DNA of 64,000 nucleotides from an uncultured Methanosarcinaceae archaeon (GTDB taxonomy: Archaea; Halobacteriota; Methanosarcinia; Methanosarcinales; Methanosarcinaceae), in contig CAWJYV010000008.1 of NCBI GenBank assembly GCA_963847185.1, positions 640,001 to 704,000 on the forward strand. The letters run 5' to 3'. Both the position numbers and the translations under genes were made by a program. Every line of letters begins with the position of its first letter. The first letter of the stretch is position 1. Of this stretch, positions 9,842-21,988 are shown piece after piece. The notes under the pieces were generated by a model. It had not been told where the DNA came from. It made no database searches and saw nothing but the letters and a program-made list of their open reading frames with translations.

Positions 9842-12800
9842 AATTTCCCTCCTAACTCATCCAAAAGAGTTGCATAATCTTCAGATTCTTCACTGGAGCC
9901 TCCAATTTTGTCTCCAACTCCTTTTGGTCCTGGGCCCACTATTGTTGTTGAATAGCCACTAAAATAAAAAGTAATCATTTCATTAGTCCCTAGTCTTGAT
10001 GCGATTCCACTCTTATCTTTTTTAAAAGGATGAAATATTGGTGATTTTTCTCTCACATACCTCTGCCCTTTATGTCCAAAATAAGGCTCTGGAATCACCT
10101 CGTTATCATTGTCAATAACAGTAAACGACTGATACTTTCCTACAATCTCATACGTCCACACATTCACAGTAAAAATCCAGTGCGGAGGCAATATTGGCAG
10201 ACCACATGGAACAGCTGCCATTGTTCGATCCAGTCTTTTTGAAACCAGGGAGACTTTTTCACCGGAATACTTCCTGGATATTTCGGTTTCCATATTTTTC
10301 AGTTCATTATCGAATCTTACAAAACTGGCATCAAGGGCTTTTCCTCTGGTTGTTGTGACTGCGCAGATGCCGTTTGCAACACCAATTCTGACGTCAGTGT
10401 CGACTCTGTTGAGAGCTGCTTCCAGTTCATCGGGATTGACAGGCGGGTTTGAATTTCGGATTTCTGTTTTGATGGCGGCGGAAAGTTCGGATGCGAACTC
10501 GTCTGTTGTAGTTTTTTCGATCAATTCGTCAGCGGAAAGACTCCTGAAGTAGCTGTATATGACTTCACGCAGACTTTCTTCACTGATCCAGCCTGAAATG
10601 ACAGGATTTGATTTTACTTCGGAGACTACCTCTTTAGTTATTTGAGCTATCATTTCCAAAACGTATGTGTACTTTATGCTGTAGAATTCCCGATTAAGGG
10701 AAGTTGTATCCAGGGAAATGTTCTGTTCGCTAAGATTTTGCCTGAGAAGGAAAAACTCGGTATTCAGGTTGGAAATGCTCTGGCTCATCTGATGGGCGGT
10801 TTCGGTTTTTACGTATTCATCGCTTGAAGCTAAGGCGTCTGCAATTTCCTCGGAGATGCCGGTTGTGAAAATACAGGTGTTCCGAACGCCGAGGGGATAA
10901 ATTGTCTTTCCTGTCATGGAATCGGTCCACTCATATTCTCCTCTGAGGTCGAAATCCGGGTCATGATAGAGATAGTTCGGCTTCTGGTCAATAATCAGGG
11001 TCAGGTTTTCGGTCCAGTTGTACTTGCTCTCTGGCTGGCCGGTAACGGTCATTGTTGAAATGATGCCCATGTCTTTTCCAAGTGCTGAAGAAGCCTTTTT
11101 TATTGCAGGGTTATTGAAAAGAGTCATCGAGCCTGAGGTCACGCTGTCAAGTACGCCAGTATCAAGACCTTTTTTCTTAAGTGCACCCAAAATATAGGAA
11201 TTGAGGTTAGAATCCAGCTTACTGTTTTTCTCTTCGATATCTTTGAGCAGCCTGTTGTAGGCTTCATTTTTTGCAATGTAGCGAGCTGAGTCACTTGAAG
11301 TGTAAATTTTTCCTGAAGGATTGAGGTACTGATTTTTATTTACATAGGAATTCCGGTCTGATTCTAGTTTTCGGATAAGTTTTTCGGAAGCCTTGACCTG
11401 CAGATCTGTCGGATCCTGGCCAGGAGAAGCAACCAGAGAGTAATTGAAGGCTGGATTGTCCTTTTTGACAGAATCAAGCATTGAAAGTACTTCTTCTGCC
11501 ATTAACCTGTGTAACCAGGGTGGAATATCACAGCTGACAACATGTCGGGCAAGATATTTTCGGTCAGGATAAGCCCAGAAACTGCTTTCGATCTTTCTGA
11601 AATCCACATACTTATCCCTATATTTGTCGGCAGCATCGGAACAGCAGGGGTCAAACCTGTTTGTTCCGTTAACATAAACATTCGTTTCTCTATATTCCCT
11701 CGCTGAAGAGCCGGCGTAGCTCGATATGCCTCTATAACCACCTGTAGGAGGGCGCCTGTGGTATATTACTGCCAGGTTCTCAGATTCGGTTTCGGTGTGA
11801 GAAGAAGATTCAGAGTCTATGTAACTTTCAGTTTCGGATTTCGAGCCGCTTGAGGTATCATAATGGGTTACAGTCGTATAATTGCCATCCGGCAATTTCT
11901 CCCTGGTATTCCACTTGTAAGTGTAATCATAACTGTAATCAATTTTCCACTTTGTCCTTATTATGTAGGAGATGCCATAACTGACTTCCCAGTCAAAAAT
12001 ATGATCTTCCCTATTCAGGTAACCTTCACTCCTGTCCGTAACTGTGACTCTGTCGTTACTCTTGTAAAAGTAACGAGGCTCGATTCTCACATCACCTATA
12101 CCAGCAGAAAGCAAACTAACCGAAGCTCCTGTAAGAGACCAGCTGACCATTTTCCCTTTTGGAGGATTAATTGAAGGATTTAAAGATTTAGAATAAGAAT
12201 TTGTAACTACATCACTCCAGGGATAAGAAGGTACAAGAGACCCTGTATGCATTCCTGATGAAAAATAGACTGCTTCCCATCTGACAGTATGCCCGTCAAA
12301 ATGAACTGAATCGCTGTTCAGTTCCGCCGTAAGCTTTGAATCCAGTACACTGGGAGAATCAAAACCGTCTCTAACAATCTGCCCCTGTACAGGAGCCGTG
12401 TAAACGCTATCTGTGACGGTATGAATAAGGTCAGGATTTTCTTTTGTCCACACATGGTCATTGAAAGCCCATCCATCGAGAACGTCATCTATGTAGTCAG
12501 AAGCAGAGACGTTTATTTTCGAATATTCAGAGAGTTGGCCAAAAGATGTATTTCCCTGTTCGATAGATTCCGTGATATCTTTTTCAACGTCCATGGAAAA
12601 GGACCTGTTCTTTGAGAGGGAATCGTAAGTGGTTGTAAGGTTTACGCTCCTGTCCTTTTCATAGAGAGACCCTGAAGCATTGAGGTGGGATGAATAATTT
12701 CCGGTATCGGTATTCTTATTTCTGGAGGCAGAAACGTCTTCATAAAATACCTTTCCGTTGTAATAAGTAGTATAAGTGAGAGCCAGGGGATCAACAGAGT

Positions 12801-13955
12801 CAAAAACTCGTTTCTGAGTGTAAAGCGTGGCTCCGTTAATAGAGCTTGAAAGGGCAGGATTTGTTAGAATATTAAGAGGGCCATTTGCATAATGCTGCCA
12901 GGGGCCGTAAATAAAAGTCCTCAAATTTGTTGCTCCAAGCACGATATTCGATGTAGAATCAGGCCCTGAAGAATTTGCAAGATCAATTTCATATTCCCTG
13001 ACAAGCTCCTCGAGCAGAGGTTCCCTCGAAGTCACAAGCGTTGAAAGAGTCGTACTGCCGTTGAATATTTCTCCTGATTGAAGGTTCACAAAGGTATAAT
13101 TTAGAACAGGAATTTCGAAAACATAGTAAATAGTATAATTTTTAGTCGGAGGTGATATTTCCCTCTGCAAAGTTCCCCTTACTTTTCTTATCCTTATCTG
13201 CTCTGGCTTTATATCAGGTTCTACGTTCACGGCATATTGCATGAAAGTATGGCTATTACTCTGGTAATTTGCAGAAAGCAGCCTGTTAAAAGAGTCTGCC
13301 GTAATATCCTTTACAGGGCTTTCTCCAATCATAAACCAGTCTGCGGCTTTCAGTTCATCTCCGTAATGGAGTTCAATAGATGCATATCCAGAAGCTACAG
13401 AATCCGGAATTTTTGCATATTCCTCGAATGAAACTTTTTGAAAAAAACCAGTAGCTCTTCCGTAGTTAAGATTTTTAATTTCATTGCCTGAAGAATCTTT
13501 GACAATTAGAATAACATCTCGTTTTTTCCAGATACTTTCGATTTTGCCCCACACATCTGAGGGCAGATTTATGGAAATTTGAAGTGTATCTCCTCTTTCA
13601 AGATTCTGATTTTTTACGATAACTTGAAACCCGTTTTTAGAAAGCCTTTCAACAGGCGTACCCTCAGGCAGGATTACAGGATGTTCACCCTGCCATTCAA
13701 GGGCTTCCATTCCTGCATAATTAAGGCAGCGAGCAAGATCGGATACAGCAAGGTTGACAGCTGTCTTCCTGGGATCACTTTTATTTGTTGTATAAATCGT
13801 TTCGGCTACTTCACTGTCCATTTTCAGAAGGTAAACTGAAGTAAAAGTTGCGGCAAGTACAAAGAAAATTCCAATTACAGCAAAAGGGATATACGCACCC
13901 GTACTCCGAAAAAAGCACGATAATTCTTCAGAGAACTTTCCAGTCGTTTATCCAA
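9838..13955 (-). CDS. Very large (about 1370 aa) membrane-anchored/exported hypothetical protein; apparent 1-nt frameshift near the 5' end
   Basis: The 1327-aa ORF from 13821 is preceded in frame by GAYIPFAVIGIFFVLAATFTSVYLLK with no start codon. TTG 13955 joins it only if the A6 run at 13909-13914 is A7. Confidence 0.75.
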
Positions 13956-14118
13956 CCCCCAAAGAACAGAGAAATAGATTAGGGAATTTCAGTAAATAAC
14001 ATGATATAAACTATTACTAAAATATTTAAGAGTTGTGTGAATAAATATTTTGCCTTAAAGGTAGAAAATTAGAAAAGTATGAGTAAGAGATAAAACTGAA
14101 AGGAAAAAATAGATCTGT

Positions 14119-14355
14119 TTATCCTTTCAACGTTCCGACAACCGGATAGTCCTTAAATATCTCAGGCCCGTGAGGTGCTTCATCCATGGCTTCAGTAAGA
14201 TCCTTTCCTGCATCATGGAGGCCCTGGTGAACTCCACCTTCCCAAAGGTAACTATCCGAAACATCGTATACCTGTCCCTGATAGGCAATATAGATCTTTC
14301 CAGTTTTACCGTTGTATTCTGCAAGTTCTTGTAGCGTATATTCTTTCATTTCCAT
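14119..14355 (-). CDS. Cytochrome b5-like heme/steroid-binding domain protein
   Basis: YTLQELAEYNG, IYIAYQGQVYDVS, HDAGKDLT and APHG. Confidence 0.9.
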   Translation of the reverse strand: MEMKEYTLQELAEYNGKTGKIYIAYQGQVYDVSDSYLWEGGVHQGLHDAGKDLTEAMDEAPHGPEIFKDYPVVGTLKG

Positions 14356-14434
14356 AATTTCCCTACCCCTGTTCCGATTCAGTATTTTTTCTAAAGACTG
14401 TGATTTTAACGATTATCATGAATTCTTGCTATCT

Positions 14435-16528
14435 TCAGACATTTAACATCTTCAGCATTTCATTGACTTCAGCAGTCGGAAGCTGGCATTCGTAATTCTG
14501 GCAGACGTATGCTGTAGCTTTTCCCCCTATGGGAACCTGAACTTTCGTATATGTTGCCACTTTAGTAATTTCCGGTTCTCTCCCCTCAGGTCTGAAAACA
14601 AGCACTTTATTAGGAATGAAATATGCCCAGAGTTCTTCAAGCATGTGTTGGGTGTCAGCGGCTTTGATATCTCCAGAGATTACTACTTCATATGAAGGAC
14701 CCAACCTGAAATCAAGGGCTGAAAGGAACTGGGTATATCCTGAAGGCATTTTTCGGAGAAGTTTCGAAAAAGCTCTTTCCAGCCCGGCAGCTATCTCTTC
14801 AAGCTCAGTACTTGCAGTCATTCTTGAAAGACGAAGAAGATTCAACATTTCTATGGAGTTTCCGGAGGGTATGGCTGCATCAGTGAATTCTTTTTGTCTG
14901 AAAATAAGGGACTCGCTGTTATAGGCAGTGAAAAAAAGACCTCCATGCATAGGATCCCAGAAGCGCTCAAGAAGTTCCCGATTAAGAGAAAGAGCTGCTT
15001 TAAGATAGCGCAGTTCGAATCCTGCCTCATAAAGTTCAAGGAGCCCGTGAATCAGGAAGGCATAATCATCTGCAGTTCCAGAGATGCCGGCATTTCCATC
15101 TCTATAACGGTGAAGTAACTGTTTTTTGGAATTGTAAAGAATTTTGAGAATAAAATCAGCGGCTTTTTCAGCAGCTTTCAGATATTTTTCCTCTCCAAAG
15201 GCCTGAAAACCTTTTGCAAAAGCTGCAATCATAAGGCCGTTCCAGTCAGTAAGAATCTTATCGTCTCTTGAAGGTCTTATACGCTTGTTTCGGGCTTCAA
15301 GGAGTTTATTTTTAGCTGTATCTATTCGGCTCTCAATTTCTTCAGTTGGTATTTTGAGTTCGGCAGCAAGAAGTCCAAGAGGCTGGGACATATAAAGCAG
15401 GTTGGTTCCTGTCTTTTTACCCCTTATCTCTTCTTCAAAGTTACCTCCTTCCTTTAAATTGAAAACTTTTATAATTAGTTCGGCGTCCCCGGACTCAAGA
15501 ATATTTTTTATCTCTTTGACGGTCCAGAGGTAATATGCTCCTTCTTCCCCCTCTACATCTGCATCTTCCCCACAATAAAATCCTCCTTCCGGAGAAGTCA
15601 GGTCTCTTAGAACGTAATTAAAAATTCCTTCTGCCGTTTCTTTATAGAGCTCTTTTCCGGTAACCTGATAGGCTTCAGTGTATGCAATCGCAAGAAGTGC
15701 CTGATCATATAACATTTTTTCAAAATGAGGGACAATCCACATTCTATCCGTAGAGTAGCGGTGGAAACCCGAACCAAGATGGTCATGGATTCCTCCCCTA
15801 TACATATTTTGCAGAGTATGTTCTACCATATGGAGAGCTTCGGGGTTTCCACTGCGCCTCCAGTAGCGAAGTAAAAAGGAGATTTTGTGAGGAGTAGGGA
15901 ATTTAGGGGCATTCTCAAACCCTCCATATGCAGTGTCAAAAGAGTTCAGTATTTCATCGTAAGCCTCCTCAATTATTGTTTCTCCTATCTCTTCTCCTGC
16001 AGTTTGTGAGACCATATTCTGGATCGTAGAGGTGATTTTCTCAGCCGAATCAAGCACCTCTTCATGTTGCCGATACCAGATTTCCCCTATTCTTGGCACA
16101 AGTTCGAGCATTCCTGTCTGGTTGAAACGAGAATTTTTTGGGATATAGGTTCCTGCAAAGAAAGGTTTTTTATTCGGGGTCAGGATAATATTAAGTGGCC
16201 ATCCACCTCTTCCAAGAATTATCTGGCAGACTGTCATGTAAACGTTATCGATATCTGGACGTTCTTCTCTATCTACTTTTATGCTAACAAAAGCTCTGTT
16301 CATAAGCTCTGCCACTTCTTCATCCTCAAAAGACTCATGCGCCATTACGTGACACCAGTGACAGGTTGAATAACCAATTGAGAGAAAAATAGGTTTGTTT
16401 TCGTTCCTTGCTTTTTCAAAAGCCTCTTCTCCCCATGGATACCAGTCTACAGGATTATATGCATGCTGCAAGAGATACGGACTCTTTTCATTGATCAGGC
16501 GGTTAGGTTTTCTATGCTCTTTTCCCAG
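14435..16528 (-). CDS. YyaL/SSP411-like thioredoxin-domain (DUF255) plus alpha/alpha-toroid protein; probable CTG start
   Basis: [48 protein letters not shown] and [11 protein letters not shown]. The conserved N-terminus extends upstream of 16471 to CTG 16528, which follows GGAGG. Confidence 0.92.
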   Translation of the reverse strand: MGKEHRKPNRLINEKSPYLLQHAYNPVDWYPWGEEAFEKARNENKPIFLSIGYSTCHWCHVMAHESFEDEEVAELMNRAFVSIKVDREERPDIDNVYMTVCQIILGRGGWPLNIILTPNKKPFFAGTYIPKNSRFNQTGMLELVPRIGEIWYRQHEEVLDSAEKITSTIQNMVSQTAGEEIGETIIEEAYDEILNSFDTAYGGFENAPKFPTPHKISFLLRYWRRSGNPEALHMVEHTLQNMYRGGIHDHLGSGFHRYSTDRMWIVPHFEKMLYDQALLAIAYTEAYQVTGKELYKETAEGIFNYVLRDLTSPEGGFYCGEDADVEGEEGAYYLWTVKEIKNILESGDAELIIKVFNLKEGGNFEEEIRGKKTGTNLLYMSQPLGLLAAELKIPTEEIESRIDTAKNKLLEARNKRIRPSRDDKILTDWNGLMIAAFAKGFQAFGEEKYLKAAEKAADFILKILYNSKKQLLHRYRDGNAGISGTADDYAFLIHGLLELYEAGFELRYLKAALSLNRELLERFWDPMHGGLFFTAYNSESLIFRQKEFTDAAIPSGNSIEMLNLLRLSRMTASTELEEIAAGLERAFSKLLRKMPSGYTQFLSALDFRLGPSYEVVISGDIKAADTQHMLEELWAYFIPNKVLVFRPEGREPEITKVATYTKVQVPIGGKATAYVCQNYECQLPTAEVNEMLKMLNV

Positions 16529-17084
16529 TAAAAATCCCTCCGGCTTCTTCAGGTTTCAACCCAGGGCCTCTGACGCAGGCCCTGAAAGAATAGGAATTTA
16601 GTTCCCATCGGTTTAGCTCCCACTCTAATGTCAATTCCAAATCCTCTCTCTAACGATGATGCCGCCAAAAGTTTGACTCAAAATGACCAGTCTTGTAGTG
16701 GATTCACTATCCTTCCGGATATAATAGTAATCCCTTCTCAAAAATTTGGGTTAACCCTGCAAACTGAAAAATCAGGTATAGCCAAATTTCCCCAATTCAA
16801 ATAGTCATCCGTTAAATATCAATATATCGGTATTTAGATTGCTATTTTCACTGCATGTATAAAAATAAGGAAAAAAATTTAGAAATAAAAAGAAGAAAGA
16901 TTTAAAAATAAAAAACAGAAAAGTTTAGTTTAATAGCTATTAGTTTCTGTATGATGTTTTCTAAAGGTTCCTTTCACATAACCATTTATTTAGTTATGAT
17001 AACAACTATTTTTTAAATAATTATAAAGGTTTGCAGGAGAATTTGAGGGAATTCCTGTTGTTTACTGACAAAGGCATTGTAGCT

Positions 17085-17996
17085 TTAAATTTTTTCCCCA
17101 TGCTTTCCTATGCTCAGGAAGTCAACAACCGTTGAAATTCTATATGAATGCTCCTGTTTTCTTTCAGCTTTTCTGGCTTGATAAACCCTTACAGAGCGCA
17201 AAAGATCGATTTTTCTAAATTCTGGCCAGAAAGGAGCGCAGAAATATGTTGCACATTCGCTTCCGTTAGCCTGCCAGGGTAGGAAATTAGAAACTCTCTC
17301 ATCACCGCCAGTGCGGATGATTAGATCCACATTCGGAACCGAAACTCCCGGAGCAGGATAGAGATGTTTCGAAATAAGATTTTCATCCACTTCTTCAAGG
17401 GAAATTTTCCCACTGGATACACAACCCGCAATATCCCGGACAGCATGAATAATATCTTGCCTGCCACCATAGGCAATAGCCACATTGAGATAGAATTTCC
17501 TGTAATGTTCTGTAGCTTTTTCTATCCTATCAATCGACTCATTTAGAAAAGCGGGCAATTTTGATCTATCGCCTATAACCCGGACTTGCATTTCTTTCTC
17601 ATGAGTTCTCGTATCGGAATAAAGCTTCTTGAATTTTTCGTCAATTAGACTGAAGAGTCCGCCAACTTCTTCTTCGGAACGCTGGAAATTTTCAGTAGAA
17701 AAGGCATAGAGAGTAAGTTGTTTCACTCCGATTTCATAACACCACTCGATCACCTTTTCGGTAACTTCTGCTCCCATCGCATGCCCGAAGCTTTTAGCCT
17801 TTCCCATCTGTCCTGCATACCTGCGGTTTCCGTCCATAATAACAGCTATGTGATGAGGGATTTCCGAACTCAGAATCTCTTTTTCGAGTATTCCCTCATA
17901 TCTTTGATAGAATACACTAAAAGTTCTATTTTTTAAGAAACGGAGTCCCGCCCAGAAGACTCCTCTTCGTGATAAATTAATTTTTAATTTCGTCAC
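17085..17996 (-). CDS. uppS: cis-prenyltransferase (undecaprenyl/polyprenyl diphosphate synthase)
   Basis: [22 protein letters not shown] and [16 protein letters not shown]. Confidence 0.95.
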   Translation of the reverse strand: MTKLKINLSRRGVFWAGLRFLKNRTFSVFYQRYEGILEKEILSSEIPHHIAVIMDGNRRYAGQMGKAKSFGHAMGAEVTEKVIEWCYEIGVKQLTLYAFSTENFQRSEEEVGGLFSLIDEKFKKLYSDTRTHEKEMQVRVIGDRSKLPAFLNESIDRIEKATEHYRKFYLNVAIAYGGRQDIIHAVRDIAGCVSSGKISLEEVDENLISKHLYPAPGVSVPNVDLIIRTGGDERVSNFLPWQANGSECATYFCAPFWPEFRKIDLLRSVRVYQARKAERKQEHSYRISTVVDFLSIGKHGEKI

Positions 17997-18418
17997 TGTG
18001 CCCCCTTCAATAAGGCTGAGAGAACTATGTAATTCGTATAGCTTTTATGATATATCTTTTGCGCTATTTCATTATAATTATTTTCAATATGTATGCATCA
18101 AAAGAATTTAATTTTTTGGGTATAAAAAACAGAATACGCGGAATTCTTGTCTTCAGAAATTTCGCATGCTTTTTGATATTTCATACAGTTAATTCCAACC
18201 TTCCTCAATTTTCAGGCATTCTCTCTATTTTACTTAATTATCGTCACGAGAATTCAATTGAATTTAATGTCTGCCGTTTTCAGAAAATAAGAGGAAGCAT
18301 AAAGCCTCCATCCAAAATTATGGTTTAGATCATTTTAGATCATTATACATACTCAGATTTCCGAGGTTTGTTGAAATTCTCTAAAAACAGCACATATAAT
18401 AAAGCTCAGACATAAAAA

Positions 18419-18721
18419 TTAGTAATTCTCAAGCACAGAACCGACAATGTTTTTATAACTTTCTTTCAGGGAATAAACGTTATGATCGCCGCTGACGTTT
18501 ATGCTCAGGATGCCAAGTCTCGTGTTCATAAGCCCAACCATGGCTGACACTCCCCGGTAGCTTACCTCGAAGTTACCTTTGTCGAGGAAGTCATAAACTT
18601 CACCGGTGGTGAACTTGTCTCCGGTCAGGAAGAGATTGAGCACAACTTTGCGTATCCCGTTTTCATCCCTGCCGAGATACTTTATCAATCTCGCTCTTAC
18701 CCTTTCTTCCGCAGTTTGCAG
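18419..18721 (-). CDS. DUF2551-like winged-helix protein; probable CTG start
   Basis: YLGRDENGIRK and VSAMVGLMNTRLGIL. GAGGTG RBS lies 7 nt before in-frame CTG 18721; TTG 18688 is the alternative start. Confidence 0.8.
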   Translation of the reverse strand: MQTAEERVRARLIKYLGRDENGIRKVVLNLFLTGDKFTTGEVYDFLDKGNFEVSYRGVSAMVGLMNTRLGILSINVSGDHNVYSLKESYKNIVGSVLENY

Positions 18722-19260
18722 TTTCGGACACCTCAGTTAATGATAATTTGAATTATACTTCTTGTATTCATTGACTTATATTGATTTTGTATTATATCCA
18801 TACTGTTTTGATTTCAGCTTCTACAGCCCTTGACACGCAACTCTTTAGTGGAACGCTAAGAAACGAATACCCTATATCCTTATCGTTTATATATTTTAGG
18901 ATTGCTTCTTTGAGAGATTTTAAGACCCTCATACAGATTATAAACCTATATATTCCATATAATCCTAAGAGAGTGTATCTAAAACCTCTGAAGATAACAA
19001 ACTGTTAAAATACATTCATCTTTTTATTGAGTTCAATACATTATAAATTTATATTTTTAATATAATAATCTTTCACTTTCTTAAGCTAGTGTCTTTTAAA
19101 ATTTTGTTAAAAGTCGTTGAAGAATGGGATATAAATAAGGTTCTTTCTAGAAGAAAATCTTAAAGAGTCTCTGGCTGGATAGAACATTTAACTTTTCAAG
19201 ATTGTAGAAAGTTCTAGTTACTGCGTTTAAAATACAAACAACTAGTAAATATATCTTTAA

Positions 19261-19983
19261 ATGAATTTATTGTGGAAAGACATGTGCCCTATAGAGTTAA
19301 AATTACCATCTCCACTTCCTCTTGAAAATATACCTGATTTATGGAAACAAAATGAGATTCTAATTTTTCTGATTGACCTTAACAGTTATAACATTCTGAG
19401 TACTGAGCACCTTGACAAGACCGAAAAAGAGCATCTGGAAACATTAAAAACAAACTATTTTAAAAAAAGATATATAGTCTCCAGGATGGTTCTAAAAAAT
19501 ATTGTGATGTATATCCAGGGCGATATATTAAAAGGACAGTCTCTTTCTGATATAGGCACATATAATGATGAATACGGAAAAGTTTGCATACGGAACCATA
19601 GAGAGTTGAACATATGCATTTCATACACAGGGAACATTGCTTCCCTCGCAATATCGAAAGTTGAAGTCGGGATTGATATAGAGCTTAAAAGATTGATCCC
19701 CCCTGGAAATATGTCAAAGTATCTGTGCATTACAGCCTCAGAAGCAGAAGATTTCGGAAACGAGCCTGACTTATTGAGAATATGGACTCTCAAAGAAGCA
19801 TACTGTAAATTTTCGAACAGAACTATGTTATCTACTCTTATCAGAAAACTGGATCTAAGTGGTGTGTTTCATTCAAGCTTTACTTTGAACGACAAATATA
19901 TACTTTCTGTAATTAGCGATACAAACTCACATTCCCTCAACATAAGTTGTCTGTCGAAGATAGAATTATATGAAGATTCTTAA
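19261..19983 (+). CDS. Sfp-type 4'-phosphopantetheinyl transferase
   Basis: YGK...ISYT, VGIDIE and WTLKEAYCK signatures; directly upstream of an ACP. Confidence 0.88.
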   Translation: MNLLWKDMCPIELKLPSPLPLENIPDLWKQNEILIFLIDLNSYNILSTEHLDKTEKEHLETLKTNYFKKRYIVSRMVLKNIVMYIQGDILKGQSLSDIGTYNDEYGKVCIRNHRELNICISYTGNIASLAISKVEVGIDIELKRLIPPGNMSKYLCITASEAEDFGNEPDLLRIWTLKEAYCKFSNRTMLSTLIRKLDLSGVFHSSFTLNDKYILSVISDTNSHSLNISCLSKIELYEDS

Positions 19984-20139
19984 CATTTGAATAAAATATA
20001 CAAACTTACCTTATAATGTAAAGCTCTCTAAAGCAACAGATTGACTTCTCACACGTCTATCAGCAACTCTTTTCTAGGCTATCTTGCTTCTGTTTTTTTG
20101 GAATATTTATTTTATACTTATAAAAAATCCTTCAAATTA

Positions 20140-20147
20140 TTTATATA
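20140..20147 (+). promoter_or_regulatory. Candidate TATA box of the ACP operon
   Basis: TTTATATA about 100 bp upstream of the ACP ATG. Confidence 0.45.
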
Positions 20148-20247
20148 GTTGAATAACATAATTAGTTTTGGGGCTTTCAGATGATAACGGACAGAGTGCA
20201 CTATTCACAATCGATCCGCTAAACGAAAGCAAAGGGGATAACGATAT

Positions 20248-20493
20248 ATGGAACCGATAAAAGATTGTATAATTGATTATTTGAAGGCTAATTCTTTTAT
20301 GGATAAGGACGCTCACGTCAGTGACGTTGACTCTCTTACTCAGAATGGCATTGTAGATTCTATTGGGCTGCTTGAACTTATGGATTATATCTGTGAAAAA
20401 TATTCTATCGAAATTCCAGAAGACATGCTAACTCCAGAGAATTTTGACACACTACAGGGAATTACCAATATGATAGGTAAACTGGCGAAGTGA
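20248..20493 (+). CDS. Acyl/aminoacyl carrier protein
   Basis: 81 aa and acidic; GIVDSIGLLEL phosphopantetheine site; PENFDT C-terminal motif of DltC-like/ACP2-type carriers. Confidence 0.92.
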   Translation: MEPIKDCIIDYLKANSFMDKDAHVSDVDSLTQNGIVDSIGLLELMDYICEKYSIEIPEDMLTPENFDTLQGITNMIGKLAK

Positions 20494-20509
20494 AACGAAG
20501 TGAAGAAAT

Positions 20510-21988
20510 ATGCGACTTGATGCGTATATTACTGAATACGCCAGAGAAACTCCTCAAAATATTGCCCTGGAAGAGGGCAAAAATTCAATTTCCTATAGCT
20601 GTCTTGATAAAGACATAAATATCATTGTTTCGCCCCTGATGAATTTTAAACAGTGCAGATTTGCAGTACTGGCAGAATCTGGCATACAGTATGTAAAATT
20701 ACTTATGGCAGTATATAGGTCAGAAAATATCGCAATACCTCTGCCGATAGAATTTCCTAAGTTCAGTCTTGAGCGAATACTTGATTCTGCATATGTCAAA
20801 AATATAATTACGACTGAGACGCAATACTCAAGGTTTGGGGAGATTTTTTTTGAGCGTTTTGGAACAGTGATCATTGTTTCGGGAGATGCTTCAGTAAAGG
20901 TTCTAAGAAATAAAATCGAAGTTGAAAATAATAACCCGGAACTGAGGCTGGTCCTGTACACGTCGGGTACAACAGGCACCCCAAAAGGGGTAATGTTGAG
21001 TGACAGAAACCTTGCAGTAAATGGAGAATCAATAATAAAAGTTATTGGAATCACTTCTAAAGATAAAGGGGCCCTGATAATATCCCCACATCATGCTTTC
21101 GGGAATTCTATAATCAATTCCCACCTGATGGCTGGAGGCTCTATCCGAATCGGAAACATGAATTTTATAGACTCGGTTTTCAATCTTATTGAGTCAAAAG
21201 TATCAATTTTCTACGGAGTGCCAAGCACCTATCGTATGCTTCTCAAGTATCCGGACAGATTCAAAAAAGCCTTTAGTAGTGTCAGGACCGCTGCTTCCGC
21301 AGGTGGAGGCATGGACAGGACAATTGTAAAGGAAATTCGGGGCCTGGTTCCTGGAATTGAGATTCTACCAATGTACGGGCAAACAGAAGCTACTGCAAGG
21401 CTTGCCTATGTGCCAGCAGAAGATGTTGATAAATTCTTAGACACAATAGGAAAAGCTATTCCTGGAGTTACTCTGGACGTTTTTGATTCTGAGTGCAGGC
21501 CAGTTGGGTCAAACATAACAGGGGAACTGGTCGCCAGAGGAGACAATATCCTGTTAGGCTACCTTGACGATGAAATCGCTACTAAAAAGAGGATCATAAA
21601 CGGCTGGCTTCATACAGGAGATCTCGCACAAAAGCTGCCAAATGGGTATATAAGGCTGCTGGGGCGCAAGGATGACCTTATAAAAATTGGGGACCATCGG
21701 GTGAATCCCAGAGAAATTGAGAGGCTCATTGAAGAGAATAATGATGTTTCCAAGGTTTTCGTTGTGCCTGTATCCCACGAACTTATGGGAACTGCAATCA
21801 GCCTTATGGTCATACCTGCAGAAAAGACAGAACTTGAGAGTCTATTTGCCTTCTGCAGGAAGAGCCTGCCAGCTTACCTGTGCCCGAGAGAAATACTGTT
21901 CATCGATCATCTTCCATTGAGCGAGAACGGGAAAATATCCAATCGATCCATAATAGAGGAATACAATCATGTCAAAGCTAGTGTGTAA
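20510..21988 (+). CDS. AMP-forming acyl/aminoacyl-carrier-protein ligase (ANL superfamily)
   Basis: YTSGTTGTPKG, MYGQTEA, WLHTGDL, GRKDDLIK and ENGKI. Confidence 0.92.
   Translation: MRLDAYITEYARETPQNIALEEGKNSISYSCLDKDINIIVSPLMNFKQCRFAVLAESGIQYVKLLMAVYRSENIAIPLPIEFPKFSLERILDSAYVKNIITTETQYSRFGEIFFERFGTVIIVSGDASVKVLRNKIEVENNNPELRLVLYTSGTTGTPKGVMLSDRNLAVNGESIIKVIGITSKDKGALIISPHHAFGNSIINSHLMAGGSIRIGNMNFIDSVFNLIESKVSIFYGVPSTYRMLLKYPDRFKKAFSSVRTAASAGGGMDRTIVKEIRGLVPGIEILPMYGQTEATARLAYVPAEDVDKFLDTIGKAIPGVTLDVFDSECRPVGSNITGELVARGDNILLGYLDDEIATKKRIINGWLHTGDLAQKLPNGYIRLLGRKDDLIKIGDHRVNPREIERLIEENNDVSKVFVVPVSHELMGTAISLMVIPAEKTELESLFAFCRKSLPAYLCPREILFIDHLPLSENGKISNRSIIEEYNHVKASV

Noticed and set aside
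18047-19008. ORFs 18047..18328 and 18781..19008
   Set aside because: AT-rich intergenic sequence with non-protein-like composition.
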